Notes: generated by a model not told the origin, from the sequence alone. Positions 12,001-25,360 are shown, numbered from the whole stretch's first letter. The stretch is 63,395 bases of DNA, filler included, from Octopus bimaculoides (GCF_001194135.2; 6 parts of 5 records of this genome joined end to end with filler, not necessarily neighbours in it), one strand, 5' to 3'. Numbers and translations are program-made.

Positions 12001-13170
12001 TCATTCAAAGGGACTGACAAAATACTTAAGCTCCTCATAAAATGCATGGATATTTTCCTCACTAGCTGAAAGTGTAGGAACATAAATAGAGAAAACAGTT
12101 ACAAAACGTCCACAAGAAAGAGGGATCCGGAGTTTCAGTAAGCATGTATTTATGCTTTGTGGTTGTTCTAGGTCTTTTAGCAAATCACTTCTAATTGCAA
12201 ACCTGACACCACCTTCCCTTTTCTCTCCCTTTGGCTTTCCAATCCAGAATAACTTGAAACCTGCTGCTCTTTCGACAAGATGATCTTCATCTGAACATCT
12301 TGTTTCAGAAAGAGCTATAATATCAATATTAAGATGCCTTAGCTCCTTAGTTACTAGAGCTGTTCTTCTTTCAGGCCTGTCTGCTTGATCTAAAAGAGTT
12401 CCCACAGGCCAGGTTAAGAGAAACCTTATTCCTTGCATACTTGTTATTATTGTTTATATCAATTCTTTGTTCATTCCTGCTAAACTGAACCACTGTTAGA
12501 TGTAGTAAACTAACCAGTAGAGAGAGGACAGACAATTTTTAGTGCACCTTCCCAGTACATCCAGGTGAGCAGTGTTCTCCTTAAAAGGGCTGCTCAGATA
12601 CAGGATTCTCCACTGAAAACAATTCCTGTCCATGAAAACATGTTAGCGATGTTAAGACAAGAACCCTCCTGCCTTATGTGCAGATTTGTAACTGTATGCT
12701 TCCAACTAGTAATACGTCACCACACCTCTATCGCCATAGGGCTTTTGAAATGTGATGATTGTATGATGATGGTGTTTTGTTGAGGACATCTATACTTCAT
12801 TAGATTTCAGTGACAAATGCTTGTACAACACTTGTGGGTCAAAATAGTAGATTCTAGTGACAAGCAAAGCAAGATGACTAGTACTAAGTTGACTGCAGGT
12901 TTTGTATCAGAGTACCTTCTCCTAGGCTTTTCCTCAGAAGGACACTGCAAGCCAGCAGTAGTAAGTCAATTTGAATTCAGAGCTTTTTTCTCCTATACTG
13001 GTTGTCCTAATCATGGCTTTGTTTCAAAACAGGAGCCCGGTCTGCCCCCATCAACAGTCATAGCTTTGACAGTGCAGCAAGTTAAGAGACCATGACCTGG
13101 TTTTATATCACAGTGTCCCTCTCCTAGAAGAGTTGACTTCACCACGACTAATAAACCTCATCTGCCCTCT
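9065..13170 (-). mobile_element. Near-full-length decayed RTE (BovB-like) LINE: 5' region, APE endonuclease, RT, C-terminal C2H2 finger
   Basis: ORF pieces: 12001-12438 (EN: ELRHLNIDIIALSETR..GGVRFAI), 9842-10504 (RT: FVDLTKAFDTVNRE, VKQGDIPAPTLF, LLYADD) and 9068-9364 (CIICDHVLLSRAGYTNHMKSH). Many stops and frameshifts. The 5' boundary is approximate. Confidence 0.92.
11154..11385. mobile_element. piggyBac-type MITE inserted in the RTE LINE
   Basis: TTAA at 11154-11157 and 11382-11385, with imperfect TIRs CCTTTCCGTTAC / GTAATGAGAGGG. Excision restores the LINE frame (LRWF-K-DIWW). Confidence 0.85.
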
Positions 13171-13336
13171 GACACGCACAAAAGCAATATATATATACAT
13201 TAAAAAAATACATATATCATCATCATCATCATCATCNNNNNNNNNNNNNNNNNNNNNNNNNNNNNNNNNNNNNNNNNNNNTTAATTAATTAANNNNNNNN
13301 NNNNNNNNNNNNNNNNNNNNNNNNNNNNNNNNNNNN

Positions 13337-13398
<62 letters not shown>

Positions 13399-13409
13399 TG
13401 TGTGTCCAC

Positions 13410-13585
13410 TACTTGGCAACCGGTGCTGGCAACGTAGCGGCTCCGCAATAAGTGACCGATTGAATAAGTATCGGGCTTAAAAAAAACGAAGAGAAGCACT
13501 TGGGTGGATTCGTTCAACTGAATTTCTTCATGGCGGTGCTCCAGTGTGGCCGCAGTCTAATGACTGGAAGAAGTAAAAATTTAAA
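13410..13585 (+). mobile_element. SINE-A 3' portion
   Basis: Tail GGCGGTGCTCCAGTGTGGCCGCAGTCTAATGACTGGAAGAAGTAAAA. Confidence 0.75.
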
Positions 13586-14140
13586 AAAAAAAGCAGTTCG
13601 AATTAAGCAGTGAAAGGGCTCCCGATGTTGTTGTTGCTGTTAGTGCTGGTGCAGTCGTTGATAATATTCAACGCGTTAGTATGAGACAACATAGTTTGTA
13701 AACCTGATTGAAAGGGGAAACAACTTTACTACCAATAAAATAGTTTATCATTACTTCACTGGCGTCTGGTATGTTATTAATTGAAATAAATATATATTGC
13801 ACAGCAGTGTAATATTTTCATCAATTGCGTTGATCGTCTTATCATTCTTTTATAAGTTTAGTCAGTGGGTAGTGGATATTGCATAGATGCAGGTCATACA
13901 ATGCATGTCTAACACACACACATATACACACACTCAGAGTAAAAAAAAAAAGCAGTAACAATTCAGGTTTAAATATGAATTTCTATTTTTTTTTTCCTTT
14001 ATAAGAGACAGCTGACAATAGGGTACATGCATGTTACATATACCCTGCTTTTACTGTAAGGCTTTGATCTTTTAAAGTTGCATCTTGTAGCTTAAGTGCT
14101 ATGCGTTGTCTTGGAATATGCATACGTGTTCATTGAATGC

Positions 14141-14183
<43 letters not shown>

Positions 14184-14272
14184 NNNNNNNNNNNNNNNNN
14201 NNNNNNNNNNNNNNNNNNNNNNNNNNNNNNNNNNNNNNNNNNNNNNNNNNNNNNNNNNNNNNNNNNNNNNNN

Positions 14273-14318
<46 letters not shown>

Positions 14319-14485
14319 CAATCAAAATGGACATTTGATATTCTATCATTTCATTATATTATATTATCTTATCTTATATTGTTATAACATTGTAAATTAA
14401 ACGTGAAAATCAGACAAAGTTGGAATTGCTTTCAGTAATATATTCTTCTATACACAATCATACACACCCGTGTATATACATATAT

Positions 14486-14558
<73 letters not shown>

Positions 14559-14574
14559 TGAACGACCATGAGAG

Positions 14575-14863
14575 TGCACCTAGAAAGTTACACTCCGAGG
14601 CACAGGTCCGGACAATGTTGTTTATGGAAGACCACCAGTTGCTGATGCATACCACTTCAAGCCACCGATATTATCCAAGGGAAAAGCAAAGGCCAATATA
14701 GCTCGGCATCAGTGATGTTGCAACTCAATTCTTCAGCTGAGTGAACTGGAGCAACATGAAAATAAAGTGTCTTGCTCAAGAACACACCATGCAGTCCAGT
14801 CCGGGAATCGAACTCACTACCTCATAATCGTGAGCCCGATGTTCTAACCACTGAGTCATGCGC

Positions 14864-14865
<2 letters not shown>
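14575..14865 (-). mobile_element. SINE-B (tRNA-derived head, TTGAGCAAGACACTTTATT central motif)
   Basis: Minus-strand head AGGCGCATGACTCAGTGGTTAG..GAGTTCGATTCCC. Shares head and centre with 16424-16748. Confidence 0.8.
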
Positions 14866-14949
<84 letters not shown>

Positions 14950-15354
14950 ATCTCTAGAATAATATAGTTTGTCGATTGTTGTTCATCCTTCATTTTCAAA
15001 GACAAATATGACTTCAACACCTCACCTATCATGCACCGCAATAATTGAGGATGCAACCACGTAGGCAACTGGAGGGCCACTATTACTCCAACCTATACTA
15101 TACCTTTTGTGCAGAGAAATTAAGAAGTAGTAATGTTTTCGTTGTTGCAGTTATGGTTGCGCGACCACCAAAGCGAAAGCTCCACTACCCGCTTCAAGAA
15201 CAACCCTAGAACTCAACGCGGAGGGAATATAGCTGTATATTTCCTATAGTAGCCGCACACTTAAGTGGGCTTAAGTTTTCAGGGGCATAGATAGCTCTTG
15301 CGTCGCTCAGTGAGCAACTCAGAAGCTACATACAATGATGAAAATATTGGATCC

Positions 15355-15564
15355 AAAGTTTGGCCCAAGGCTAGCAATTTCGAGAGAGGGGCTTAAATCG
15401 ATTACATCAACCCCAGTATTCAACTAGCATTTTTTGTTATCGATCCCGAAAGAATGAAATGCATAGTCGACCTCGGCGGAATTTGAACTCAGAACGTAAA
15501 GACGAACGAAAAGCCGCTAAGCATTTTGACCGGCATGCTAACGATTCTGCCAGCTCGCCGCCTT
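15355..15564 (-). mobile_element. SINE-C copy
   Basis: Homologous head and central domain. Confidence 0.85.
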
Positions 15565-16149
15565 GTGTTGATGAAAATATTTATACGTATTCTGTGCTGC
15601 GGTAAAAAGAAAACTGGCTCCACAGTTTGGTAATCTCTGTCTAAATATCAGCGTATAGAAAAACTTATAACACTGAAAAACAAGACCTCTCAGGTAAAAT
15701 TCAAATGTCACATGTTTCATCTACCTGTACAAGTATATCACAACCAGGAAGAGTGTAGCGTAATTAAGCGAAGTCTCATCAGAAGCGACATGTTCATCCC
15801 GCAGCATCCGAACCTAACGGCAAGAGATCCGCGTCATGGTAAGCGATCAGGAAGGCACCCTTTCATTCTTTTGATGGACTTTGTATTCTATCATGCATAA
15901 TATCCATCCCATTTCATTCCTCATCTTGGAAAAATATTTCCATGTGGAGTTGCTGGTTTACTCATCGACGACCCGACCATGACAAATATGTATAAAATAT
16001 ATATGTATAATGATCTTCTGGCATACAGTGCTCAGGAGCAAACAACTCATCAGAAAAAGTAACCAAAACTGTAGAATATGTACAGGAAGTGAACAGTGAA
16101 TAAGTCGGGGGAAAAAAAAAAGAACGGGAACGGGTGACATCAAGTGTTC

Positions 16150-16290
16150 AGTTGAGGAATTTCAAGAAGAATAGAAGTATTGAAGGGTGTAGAGTCTCGA
16201 CAGCTAACAACTGATGCCAGTAGTTTGTTCCATACTTCAGCAATTCTGAGCGTGATAAAGTGTTTCTGAAAGTCATGGGTGCTTTGGTGT
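16150..16290 (-). mobile_element. CR1-type LINE 3' remnant
   Basis: The minus strand reads HDFQKHFITLRIAEVWNKL.ASVVSC, resembling the CR1 ORF2 C-terminus. Confidence 0.55.
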
Positions 16291-16423
16291 TTTTTTTTTA
16301 TTTTCTAAGCATGTCCACGAGTGTTAGGGACATCGAATTAAAAAAGGTGCCCAAGGTTATGTTACCTTACATGACAGCCGCAGTAGGAATACCTGTATGT
16401 ATGTATGTATGTATGTATGTGTG

Positions 16424-16748
16424 AAGGCGCGTGTCTTAGTGGTTAGGACATTAGCGGCTCACGATCGTAAGGTCGCGAGTTCAATACTCGACCACGCGTT
16501 GAGTCCTTGAGCAAGACACTTTATTTCACGTTTCTCCAGTCCACTCAGTTGGCAAAAATGAGAAATACCTGTATTTCAAAGGGCCAGCCTTGTCACACTC
16601 TGTGTCACGATAAATCTCCCTGAGAACTACCTTAAGGGTACACGTGTTTGTGGAGTGCTCAGCCACTTGCACGTTAATTTCACGAGCAGGCTGTTCCGTT
16701 GATCGTATCAGCTGGGACCCTCTTCGTCGTAACCGACGGAGTGCTCTT
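16424..16748 (+). mobile_element. SINE-B full-length copy
   Basis: Head GGCGCGTGTCTTAGTGGTTAGG..GAGTTCAATACTCG, centre TCCTTGAGCAAGACACTTTATTTCACG, flanked by (TATG)n. Confidence 0.85.
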
Positions 16749-17295
16749 ATGTATGTATGTATGCATGTATGTATGTATGTATGTATGTATGTATGCGTGC
16801 ATGTGTGCATGTATGTATGTATGTATGTATATGACAAAAACGCACTTAAAATTTCTATTTATTTACATATTTATTTAATTAAACTGAGGATCAGGATTTT
16901 ACTTGAACTTGAATAAACAATATGCTGTGTCTCTTGTACTATCTCCTCCTTACATTTAAGAACTCTAACATCTGTGTGACGCGCACACACACATACAATG
17001 TATTATCTATCTATACATATCTACACCTCTATGTATGTATGTATGTATGTATGTATGTATGTATGTATGTATGTATGTATGTATCTATCTATCTATTTAT
17101 TTATCTATCTATCTATCTATTTTGGTTTTTATGTCAAGTTACATATAAAGCACAATTTAAGATTCAGTCGGAGAATTACTCTATACGTTTTAGTAGAATA
17201 CAAGCAACATCAAAGGTTTGTTTGTGACAGCTTTCTTACTTATTTATCGATCAAAACTTACGAGTAAATGCTGAATTCTAGTCTATAATATTGAT

Positions 17296-17859
17296 TTTGA
17301 AACTTTGGCACAAGGCCAGCAAATTCGGAAGTGGTGATAAGTCGATTATATCGACCACATTGTTTAGCTGGTACTTATTTTCTCGACTCCCATAGGATGA
17401 AAAGTCGACCATGGAGTCATTTGAACTCAGACCGTAAAATTCGGAAGAAATGCCGCATCTTGTCTAACGCCGCCGACTTATTCTATTCTTGTCTGCCAGC
17501 TCGCCGACTTATTCTAGTCTACTGATTGTGACACGATGAATAAACAGACTTGAAAGAATGGAAAACTAGTAATGAAAAACCAGTTATTTCCCTTAGACAG
17601 TAAATAACGACATGCATCAATTTGTCCCCATTTACTGACATTTATCGATTTCTAACAGGCTCAAGGCCGCGTTTTCTCAAGGAAGGTATAGTCGATTATG
17701 TCGGCCGCGTTTCTTCGTTAGTACTTTTCTTTTATCGACCCTAAAAGGATGAAATCATAGTTAAAATCTGCTGGATTTGAACTGATAAAGGGAGGCAACC
17801 AAATACAACGAAGTCATTTTTCTTTGTACAATCGATAGTTTGTTAAGCCATGACTTATG

Positions 17860-17914
<55 letters not shown>

Positions 17915-17916
17915 TA

Positions 17917-17971
<55 letters not shown>

Positions 17972-18182
17972 TAATAATAATAACAATAATCCTTTCTGTT
18001 ATAGGCACAAGGCCTGAAATTTGGGGGAGGGGGATAGTCGATTACAGCTACCTCAGTGTTTCACTGGTACTTATTTCATCGACCTCGAAAAGATGAAAGG
18101 CGGCCTCGGCGGAATTTGAAATCAGAACGTAACGAAAGTAGAAATACCGCTAAACATTTTGCCCGATGTTGCCAGCTCGCCA
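17296..18182 (-). mobile_element. Cluster of three SINE-C copies (17296-17512, about 17660-17800, 17993-18182) around a (TAA)n array
   Basis: Homology to SINE-C; (TAA)n at 17859-17990. Confidence 0.8.
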
Positions 18183-18249
18183 ATAATAATAATGATAATT
18201 TTTTTTTTTTTTTGCCACCAGGGCGAAATAGTAATAATAATCTTTAGTT

Positions 18250-18568
18250 TTAAACCTTGGGAGGGGCATTATGCCGGTAATAAACACACGCACTGGTTCA
18301 GTCCTTTATTAATTTATATAGTTTTTTGTTAAATTATTTCATTGCACTCTTGCAATCTCTTCAGTAACTTGTCTCTCCACTTCCATTTATTTTGAATATA
18401 TTAAAAAAAAAGTTGAATATATTCAAAATAAATGGAAGTGGAAAGACAAGTTACTGAAGAGATTGCAAGAGTGCAATGAAATAATTTAACAAAAAACTAT
18501 ATAAATTAATAAAGGACTGAACCAGTGCGTGTGTTTATTACCGGCATAATGCCCCTCCCAAGGTTTAA
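18250..18568. repeat. Long palindrome: 153-bp arms (1 mismatch), 13-nt loop
   Basis: 18250-18402 is the reverse complement of 18416-18568, checked by eye. Confidence 0.95.
18450..18490 (+). ncRNA. Minimal type I hammerhead ribozyme-like motif (mirror copy 18328-18368 on -)
   Basis: GUUA-CUGAAGA-G-AUUGCA agag UGCAAU-GAA-AU a AU-U|UAAC. Stem I GUUA/UAAC, 6-bp stem II, short stem III, NUH=AUU; one extra G after A9. Confidence 0.6.
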
Positions 18569-18569
18569 T

Positions 18570-19030
18570 TGTATTTCTTTCAACACACGTATCCACATCA
18601 AGAATCTTGCACACGAAATACACATACGAAATCTTTACTTTATTAACCATTGAGAGTTCATATAAAAGATTGAGGATGATACAATACAAAAAGAGTGGTA
18701 TTGAAACGTGTAAATAAAGAAACAAACAAAGACAATTTTAACAATAAAAATCCCCCAGATAGGGAGACTTCCTAGGGCTGCTGGTGGAAACCACACAAAA
18801 ACCACGGTCATCGTAACTTCTAGGGTAAGAGCCCTCTCCTTTTTCTTTGACCCATGCTCAGAGTAGGAAGTGGAACTTGAAAAAGTTGATGAGGGTTTGG
18901 CCAAAGAGGAAAGTGTTTGTCTTCAGCCCCTTCAACCTGGTCCACCACACAACCTCGCTCGCTAAGACCTCCAGACAAACACTGCCTGTCCTTCCCGGCC
19001 AAAGGAAGGCAGCAGGGCGATTTTCACGAT
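18570..19030 (-). mobile_element. Tx1/L1-type LINE 3' fragment
   Basis: The minus strand translates VVWWTRLKGLKTNTFLFGQTLINFFKFH, homologous to 32541-33094 and 52739-53275. Confidence 0.75.
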
Positions 19031-19284
19031 GAACTCAGCCGATAGCTGGCTCCGTCCTACACGCGACAGCAGGTGTTCGACATAGACCCTGATGATTACA
19101 AATTTTGACACAAGGTCAGCAAGTTCGACGAAGCGGGTAAGTCTATAACATCGGCCCCGGGGTTCAAGTGGTACTTATTTTATCNNNNNNNNNNNNNNNN
19201 NNNNNNNNNNNNNNNNNNNNNNNNNNNNTTAATTAATTAANNNNNNNNNNNNNNNNNNNNNNNNNNNNNNNNNNNNNNNNNNNN

Positions 19285-19567
<283 letters not shown>

Positions 19568-20486
19568 ACGCGTGTATGTTTCTGTAAGTATGTTTGTATA
19601 TATATATATGTGTGTGTGCATGTGTGAGTGAGTGTGTTTGTGTGCGTGTGTGTATATATATAAACATACACACAATATAACAAAATTATTTTGTAACTAC
19701 AGACACGTTCATATAGTTGGACATAGCTACATATGCCAAGGCATACATATAGGTAGATTCAGACATGCAGATACACGTACTAACATAGTTAGGCATACAG
19801 ACACATACACACAAATACAATGTTTTTTAAAAAAGAAAATTAGAAGACAGAACCCCACCACCTCCCCAAAATACCCAAAACAAAAAATAAACCAGGCAAC
19901 AGAAATTATAATGAAAAGAGGAATGTTTTAGAAATACCTGCCGATGTCAGCAAATGGTTACATTCAAAAGACCATTAAGTTTTACGAGAGGCGGATTTGC
20001 GTGTAGGATGTTATGTATTATATTGTTATATTATATTATGTTATGTTATATGTAGACAGATAGCAGCAGATGGAGAGGTGAACAGAGAGCAGTTGATAGA
20101 CGGATATGCAGATAGCAGCTTGTCAGTCAGTTATCCATCAAGCCAGCTGGTTTACGAACCCGTTATACATCCCACAAGCCATTCCCTCTCTCCATCCATC
20201 TATTTAGAAAAATGTACGACAGACAGCCACCCGTCCCTCCATTGATCGATTCATCCATTCAGCCACCCCTCCCCGGGAAGCAGTAATTGAAGTAGATGGT
20301 GAATATGCTCCGGAATAATCATTTAAAGATATTTTTGTTACATGTTGTTGTTGATTTTGTTGAATACATTTGTTGAAAAAAAGGCCGCAATAATTACGCA
20401 CCAACCCAATATGATTCATAAAATCCTTCAACGTTTAATCGATGTGGATTTCGGAGCTGTTGCCAAGAATTGCTGGTCATTACAGG

Positions 20487-20605
20487 TGCAGACATGGTTG
20501 TGTGGCTAAGAAGCTGACTTTGTAACCAAATAGTTTCGAGTTCCGTTCCATTTCACCTCACCTTAGGCAAGTGTATTCTACTATAATCGTGGCCGGTCAA
20601 AGCAC
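20487..20605 (+). mobile_element. Degenerate SINE-A head
   Basis: TGGTTGTGTGGCTAAG..GAGTTCCGTTCC..CACCTTAGGCAAGTG. Confidence 0.55.
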
Positions 20606-21514
20606 TGACTCTAAAACCACGTGGTGATAGAGTAAGGTTTTGACTACTATTTCAAGCATGGTGGTATCTCTTGGATACTCTTATAATTTTAATAATAATT
20701 ATAACCCATGCTGCCACTTGATTTGATCGTTATTCAAATAATGATCTTATCCTTATTTACACACAGTTACAATCAGTGGAATACGTATCAGCTTTAAAAT
20801 ATAAGTACTAAGTATTGGCGACAAGGTTATGTCTAATTCGCTTCATTCTAATCCCGCAAATATCCAGTTTTCTTTTCACTGAGACAATCAGCCAATAACA
20901 GCCATACGTTTAATGGAGTAGATCGATATATATAACACTCGACAACTGATGAAAGGTCGTTCCTTATATTACTTGTCTTGTTTTCCATTTGTTTCTTTCG
21001 TTGTTCGCAAAAAAGTTCGTTTGCATCATCATGGCCGCAGCTCTGAGCTGAAACTACAGAAAAAATTCCATGTTTTCGTATTTCGCATTTCATGTTGTTT
21101 ACGTTTTATGACGTCCTGTACCCATATATGCATATATATATACATATATGTATGTATATATGCATATATATATATANNNNNNNNNNNNNNNNNNNNNNNN
21201 NNNNNNNNNNNNNNNNNNNNNNNNNNNNNNNNNNNNNNNNNNNNNNNNNNNNNNNNNNNNNNNNNNNNNNNNNNNNNNNNNNNNNNNNNNNNNNNNNNNN
21301 NNNNNNNNNNNNNNNNNNNNNNNNNNNNNNNNNNNNNNNNNNNNNNNNNNNNNNNNNNNNNNNNNNNNNNNNNNNNNNNNNNNNNNNNNNNNNNNNNNNN
21401 NNNNNNNNNNNNNNNNNNNNNNNNNNNNNNNNNNNNNNNNNNNNNNNNNNNNNNNNNNNNNNNNNNNNNNNNNNNNNNNNNNNNNNNNNNNNNNNNNNNN
21501 NNNNNNNNNNNNNN

Positions 21515-21559
<45 letters not shown>

Positions 21560-22510
21560 TATTTATATTATTATATACTTGAACGCTACGTATCTATCTC
21601 CAAATAAGTTTCCAAGTATCTATCTATCTATTTATCTATCTTAAAACTACTTAGGTGTAAGTTATACGGTAACGAAACTAACAAGAACTTCATTCAAAAC
21701 ATCCGCGTTCGTCAAATCGAAGTATTTACTTACTGTATGTGCTAAATCACTAATTAAAATTATGTAGGGGTTATGCCCAACGTCTAAGCAAGATAAACCG
21801 ATAAATGCATCTTTGCCTGTCTGACTATCTAACTGTCTTCATCTCCTCGTTGTCATGTATCACGCTTTTGGAGCGCGTTGACGACTCTACATTGAAAGTC
21901 TTCCAGGTTAAGCGTGGACTCTTCCATCGGATGAAGCCATAGTGCTACTTCGATCTGACTTTTTCACTTTTTTTTTTGGTAGAGATATTTGGGGTGGTTT
22001 GCCATTGCCTTCTCCAACTGGATGGCTGTTGACCCACAAAGAATTCGCCATGAAGAATTCGACACGTCTTGCTTTTAGTCCTGGTCATTGTCCAGACAAG
22101 CTATGCAATTGCGGGAGCCGGTTTAGTCGCCGAACACTAAATTCTGAGACAAGTACTACTGGTTTACATGGCGCCAGTAGCAGATCCTATCAACCAGTGA
22201 TGAGATCCCTGACCTGACATAACCTCTTCATCTGCTATATCTATTTTACGGGTGTCGGCGATCACGGACCTTCATGTCACAATCTGAAGATACAGGATTA
22301 TTCTTGGGAAGGATAAATCAATGATTTCTTGTTGCCTTCTGTTGGTTTATGCGCATTTTATTCGGCAAGTCTTCTAGATGCAGCATAATATCTTGCTCCC
22401 ACCAAAGAAAATAATATTTACCGGACGTAATCTTTCAGAACATAATATATACATAATATATATATACATGCTTGCATCTCTGTCTCTGTCTGCCTGCCTG
22501 TCTGTCTGAC

Positions 22511-22553
<43 letters not shown>

Positions 22554-22572
22554 TTCTCTCTCTCTCTCTTTA

Positions 22573-22620
<48 letters not shown>

Positions 22621-22903
22621 AATAAGAAAATGGAGGGGAATAAGTTGTATTCATCAACTTGCAGACATTGTATTGTGTCAATTTTCTTGTTTATTTGTTT
22701 ACCAAAAGGACAATAATAACAATATACAAACACATGTGACATATTATGTCATATTAGTAATTAAAAAGTGACATATAGTGACAGAAAATGGGATAATGAC
22801 CTACAGCTGTTTCAGTCTAGAGGTGACATGCCTCATTCTATCTATATCACTCCAGTAGACTGAAGTAATTAATAGATGAAATAGAGGTACATGGATGATT
22901 CTC

Positions 22904-22959
<56 letters not shown>

Positions 22960-24754
22960 GTATATGTATATATACATCTTTCTATCTACACACAGAGATA
23001 TATATCTATATCTAGAAGCATATATATATATACAAATACATATACGCACAGATACACCTACGTAAAAGAATATATATCTAAACACATGGATAAAGGAAAA
23101 TCTAGCTGTAGATATAGACTGTCTGGTAGACAGACAACTACAGATAGAAATTGATAAACAGACAGATAATAAATAACTATATTCGTATCTAAGCATGTAT
23201 GCGTATGTGCACGGTGATAGTTATGTAAGTATATAATGTATGTATATACGTTGATAGATATATGTGTATATGAGTTGATAGAGGGATAGATTACTGTTTG
23301 AATGTATGGTCGGTTGAGTGGTGATCCATCAAAACTTTTATGAGATGTCACACATCAATGCGTCACTCCTTTAAGGATCATGCTTGCTCCGCTTACGCTT
23401 CTATTCGCTGATTTTAACAAATATGAAATCGTATTACACCAATATTTTGATGTCTTCAGTCTATTTTCGATAATAAGTTCAGCATGTAAGAATAACCTTG
23501 TGGCAGCAAGCTTTTTACGGACTTTCTGTTAGAGTGAAAATTGGCAGCTGATTGGCGGCTGATATCTGAAGCAATATAATGTAAATCAATGGTGATATAT
23601 AGGCAAACAACTCCATTGAACCTCGGAAATTACAAACAAATAACTCCGCTAAACACTTCGGAAATAGGAATCTGCTGCTGGAAAATAAAAGGAAATAAAA
23701 TAAAATAAAATGAAAATTAAAAATAAATTAAAAGTAAAACCAATTTGAATTCTTTGTGTTTATCAGAGATGGCAAGTTGATGTTAGCAGAATGTCATGGA
23801 GAATGCACATTGGTTTGAAGTGAGACGTAATTCATAAACAACTGGATACTGATGGAAGAACTACTAGCTGCTGCAGAGCACAAGCCCAAAGTCTCATACG
23901 TCTGCCGAGGAATATTCTTTCTCGCTAAAGTTTTTCCTGCCGATGTCATGTTACAGATGTTCAAATTAAACATTAATTGTATCAATATCATCGATCTCTG
24001 ACATAAATGTAATATATACTACTGTTTCTTCAATAGTAAATCATTGAAACAAGGGATCACTTGTTCATCTCGGAACATCGATTCTCGTGAAATCCTCACT
24101 CAACACAACTCATAAGGAAACTGTTAGTATCCTCGCAGTCGACGAAACTGAAGCTACTAAACAGGAACTTACATTAAATAAGATAAGTTGCTTTAACACT
24201 GTACAAAAAACTACACATGTCGCAGCCCAGTCGACCTGAAAACTGTGCTGCACCATAGTCGGCTCTCTGATTCACATTGTATCAAATTCGCTGAGCATCA
24301 AGTTTCGATTCTGTGTCCTAAATTGTTTCTTTATGCATCGAAGTCCTACTTGCCGCCACCTCAGCAATGACCACTTCTTCATTCGTTCATAACTTTTTAC
24401 ATCTAAGCCTCATCCATAAGGACCTTAAACATCTCACGCGAAATCTGCACTAACACCTTACACAAATATTTTAAAAACATCCTCCAATGGGAATGATGTC
24501 TATATTGGATCTTTCAATACCACAGTTACAAAGCACTTTGCAATTGGCCTATTATATATGAACAACATACGAATTGAGCATTCCTTACTTCATGTCGCTC
24601 CAGGAACTAAGCCTGATCCTCTCTTCTGGTGAAAACACATCTTAACATATCAAACAGTGCAACACAGCTGGAACGGTCCGCAACAAGAAGTAACCTACAA
24701 AACACAGATGGTAAACATAATGGATGACTACTTTCACATCTGTGACTACTGCTG

Positions 24755-24802
<48 letters not shown>

Positions 24803-24812
24803 NNNNNNNNNN

Positions 24813-24858
<46 letters not shown>

Positions 24859-24899
24859 TAGACCCTTCGAGAGACCGTTCAACTAGCTAGCATAACGTA

Positions 24900-25257
24900 G
24901 CTAACCAATCACACTTCACCATCAGCTGTCTCCTCTTCGCCCCTCTCTGTCCCTCAGTTTGTGCCCTGGTTACATTTATTTCTACCGCAGTGAACTGTGT
25001 TCGCTTTGTCAAATGCCGCATTTACTCAGTACTCGCGTTTCACAACTCCTTCCATTTCCCACCATTCATGTTGCATTCATCTCATGTCCTGCTCTAACCA
25101 TTACATGCAGCCCTTCTTCGTTAGACAATCAGCCTTATGGAATTCCCTTTCCGCACACGTTCTTCCTGCATCTGTCTAATTGCAACTGCCCCAGGAGAAC
25201 ATTAGACATCTCAATGCGACTGGTCTTAGCTCTTCTCTTTAGGCCAAGCGAATAAAA
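24900..25257 (+). mobile_element. CR1-type LINE 3' fragment
   Basis: HYMQPFFVRQSALWNSLSAHVLPAS, resembling the CR1 C-terminal SFFPRT..LWNSLP motif, followed by AATAAAA. Confidence 0.6.
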
Positions 25258-25292
25258 GTAGATGACCATCTCATTCTTCTCCTCAGCATATA

Positions 25293-25360
<68 letters not shown>

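Noticed and set aside
14790-14865. tRNA genes at SINE heads (also 16424, 38960-39034 and others)
   Set aside because: No complete cloverleaf or acceptor stem; each continues into a SINE body.
22795-22865. GAAACAGCUGUA (minus strand) as a hammerhead
   Set aside because: Stem III fits but the 5' core reads AGAAUGA and stem I is absent; at best a decayed remnant.
23400-24620. Possible Penelope RT/GIY-YIG remnants (NDVYIGSF..)
   Set aside because: Only a 3-4 residue resemblance; cannot be supported without a profile search.
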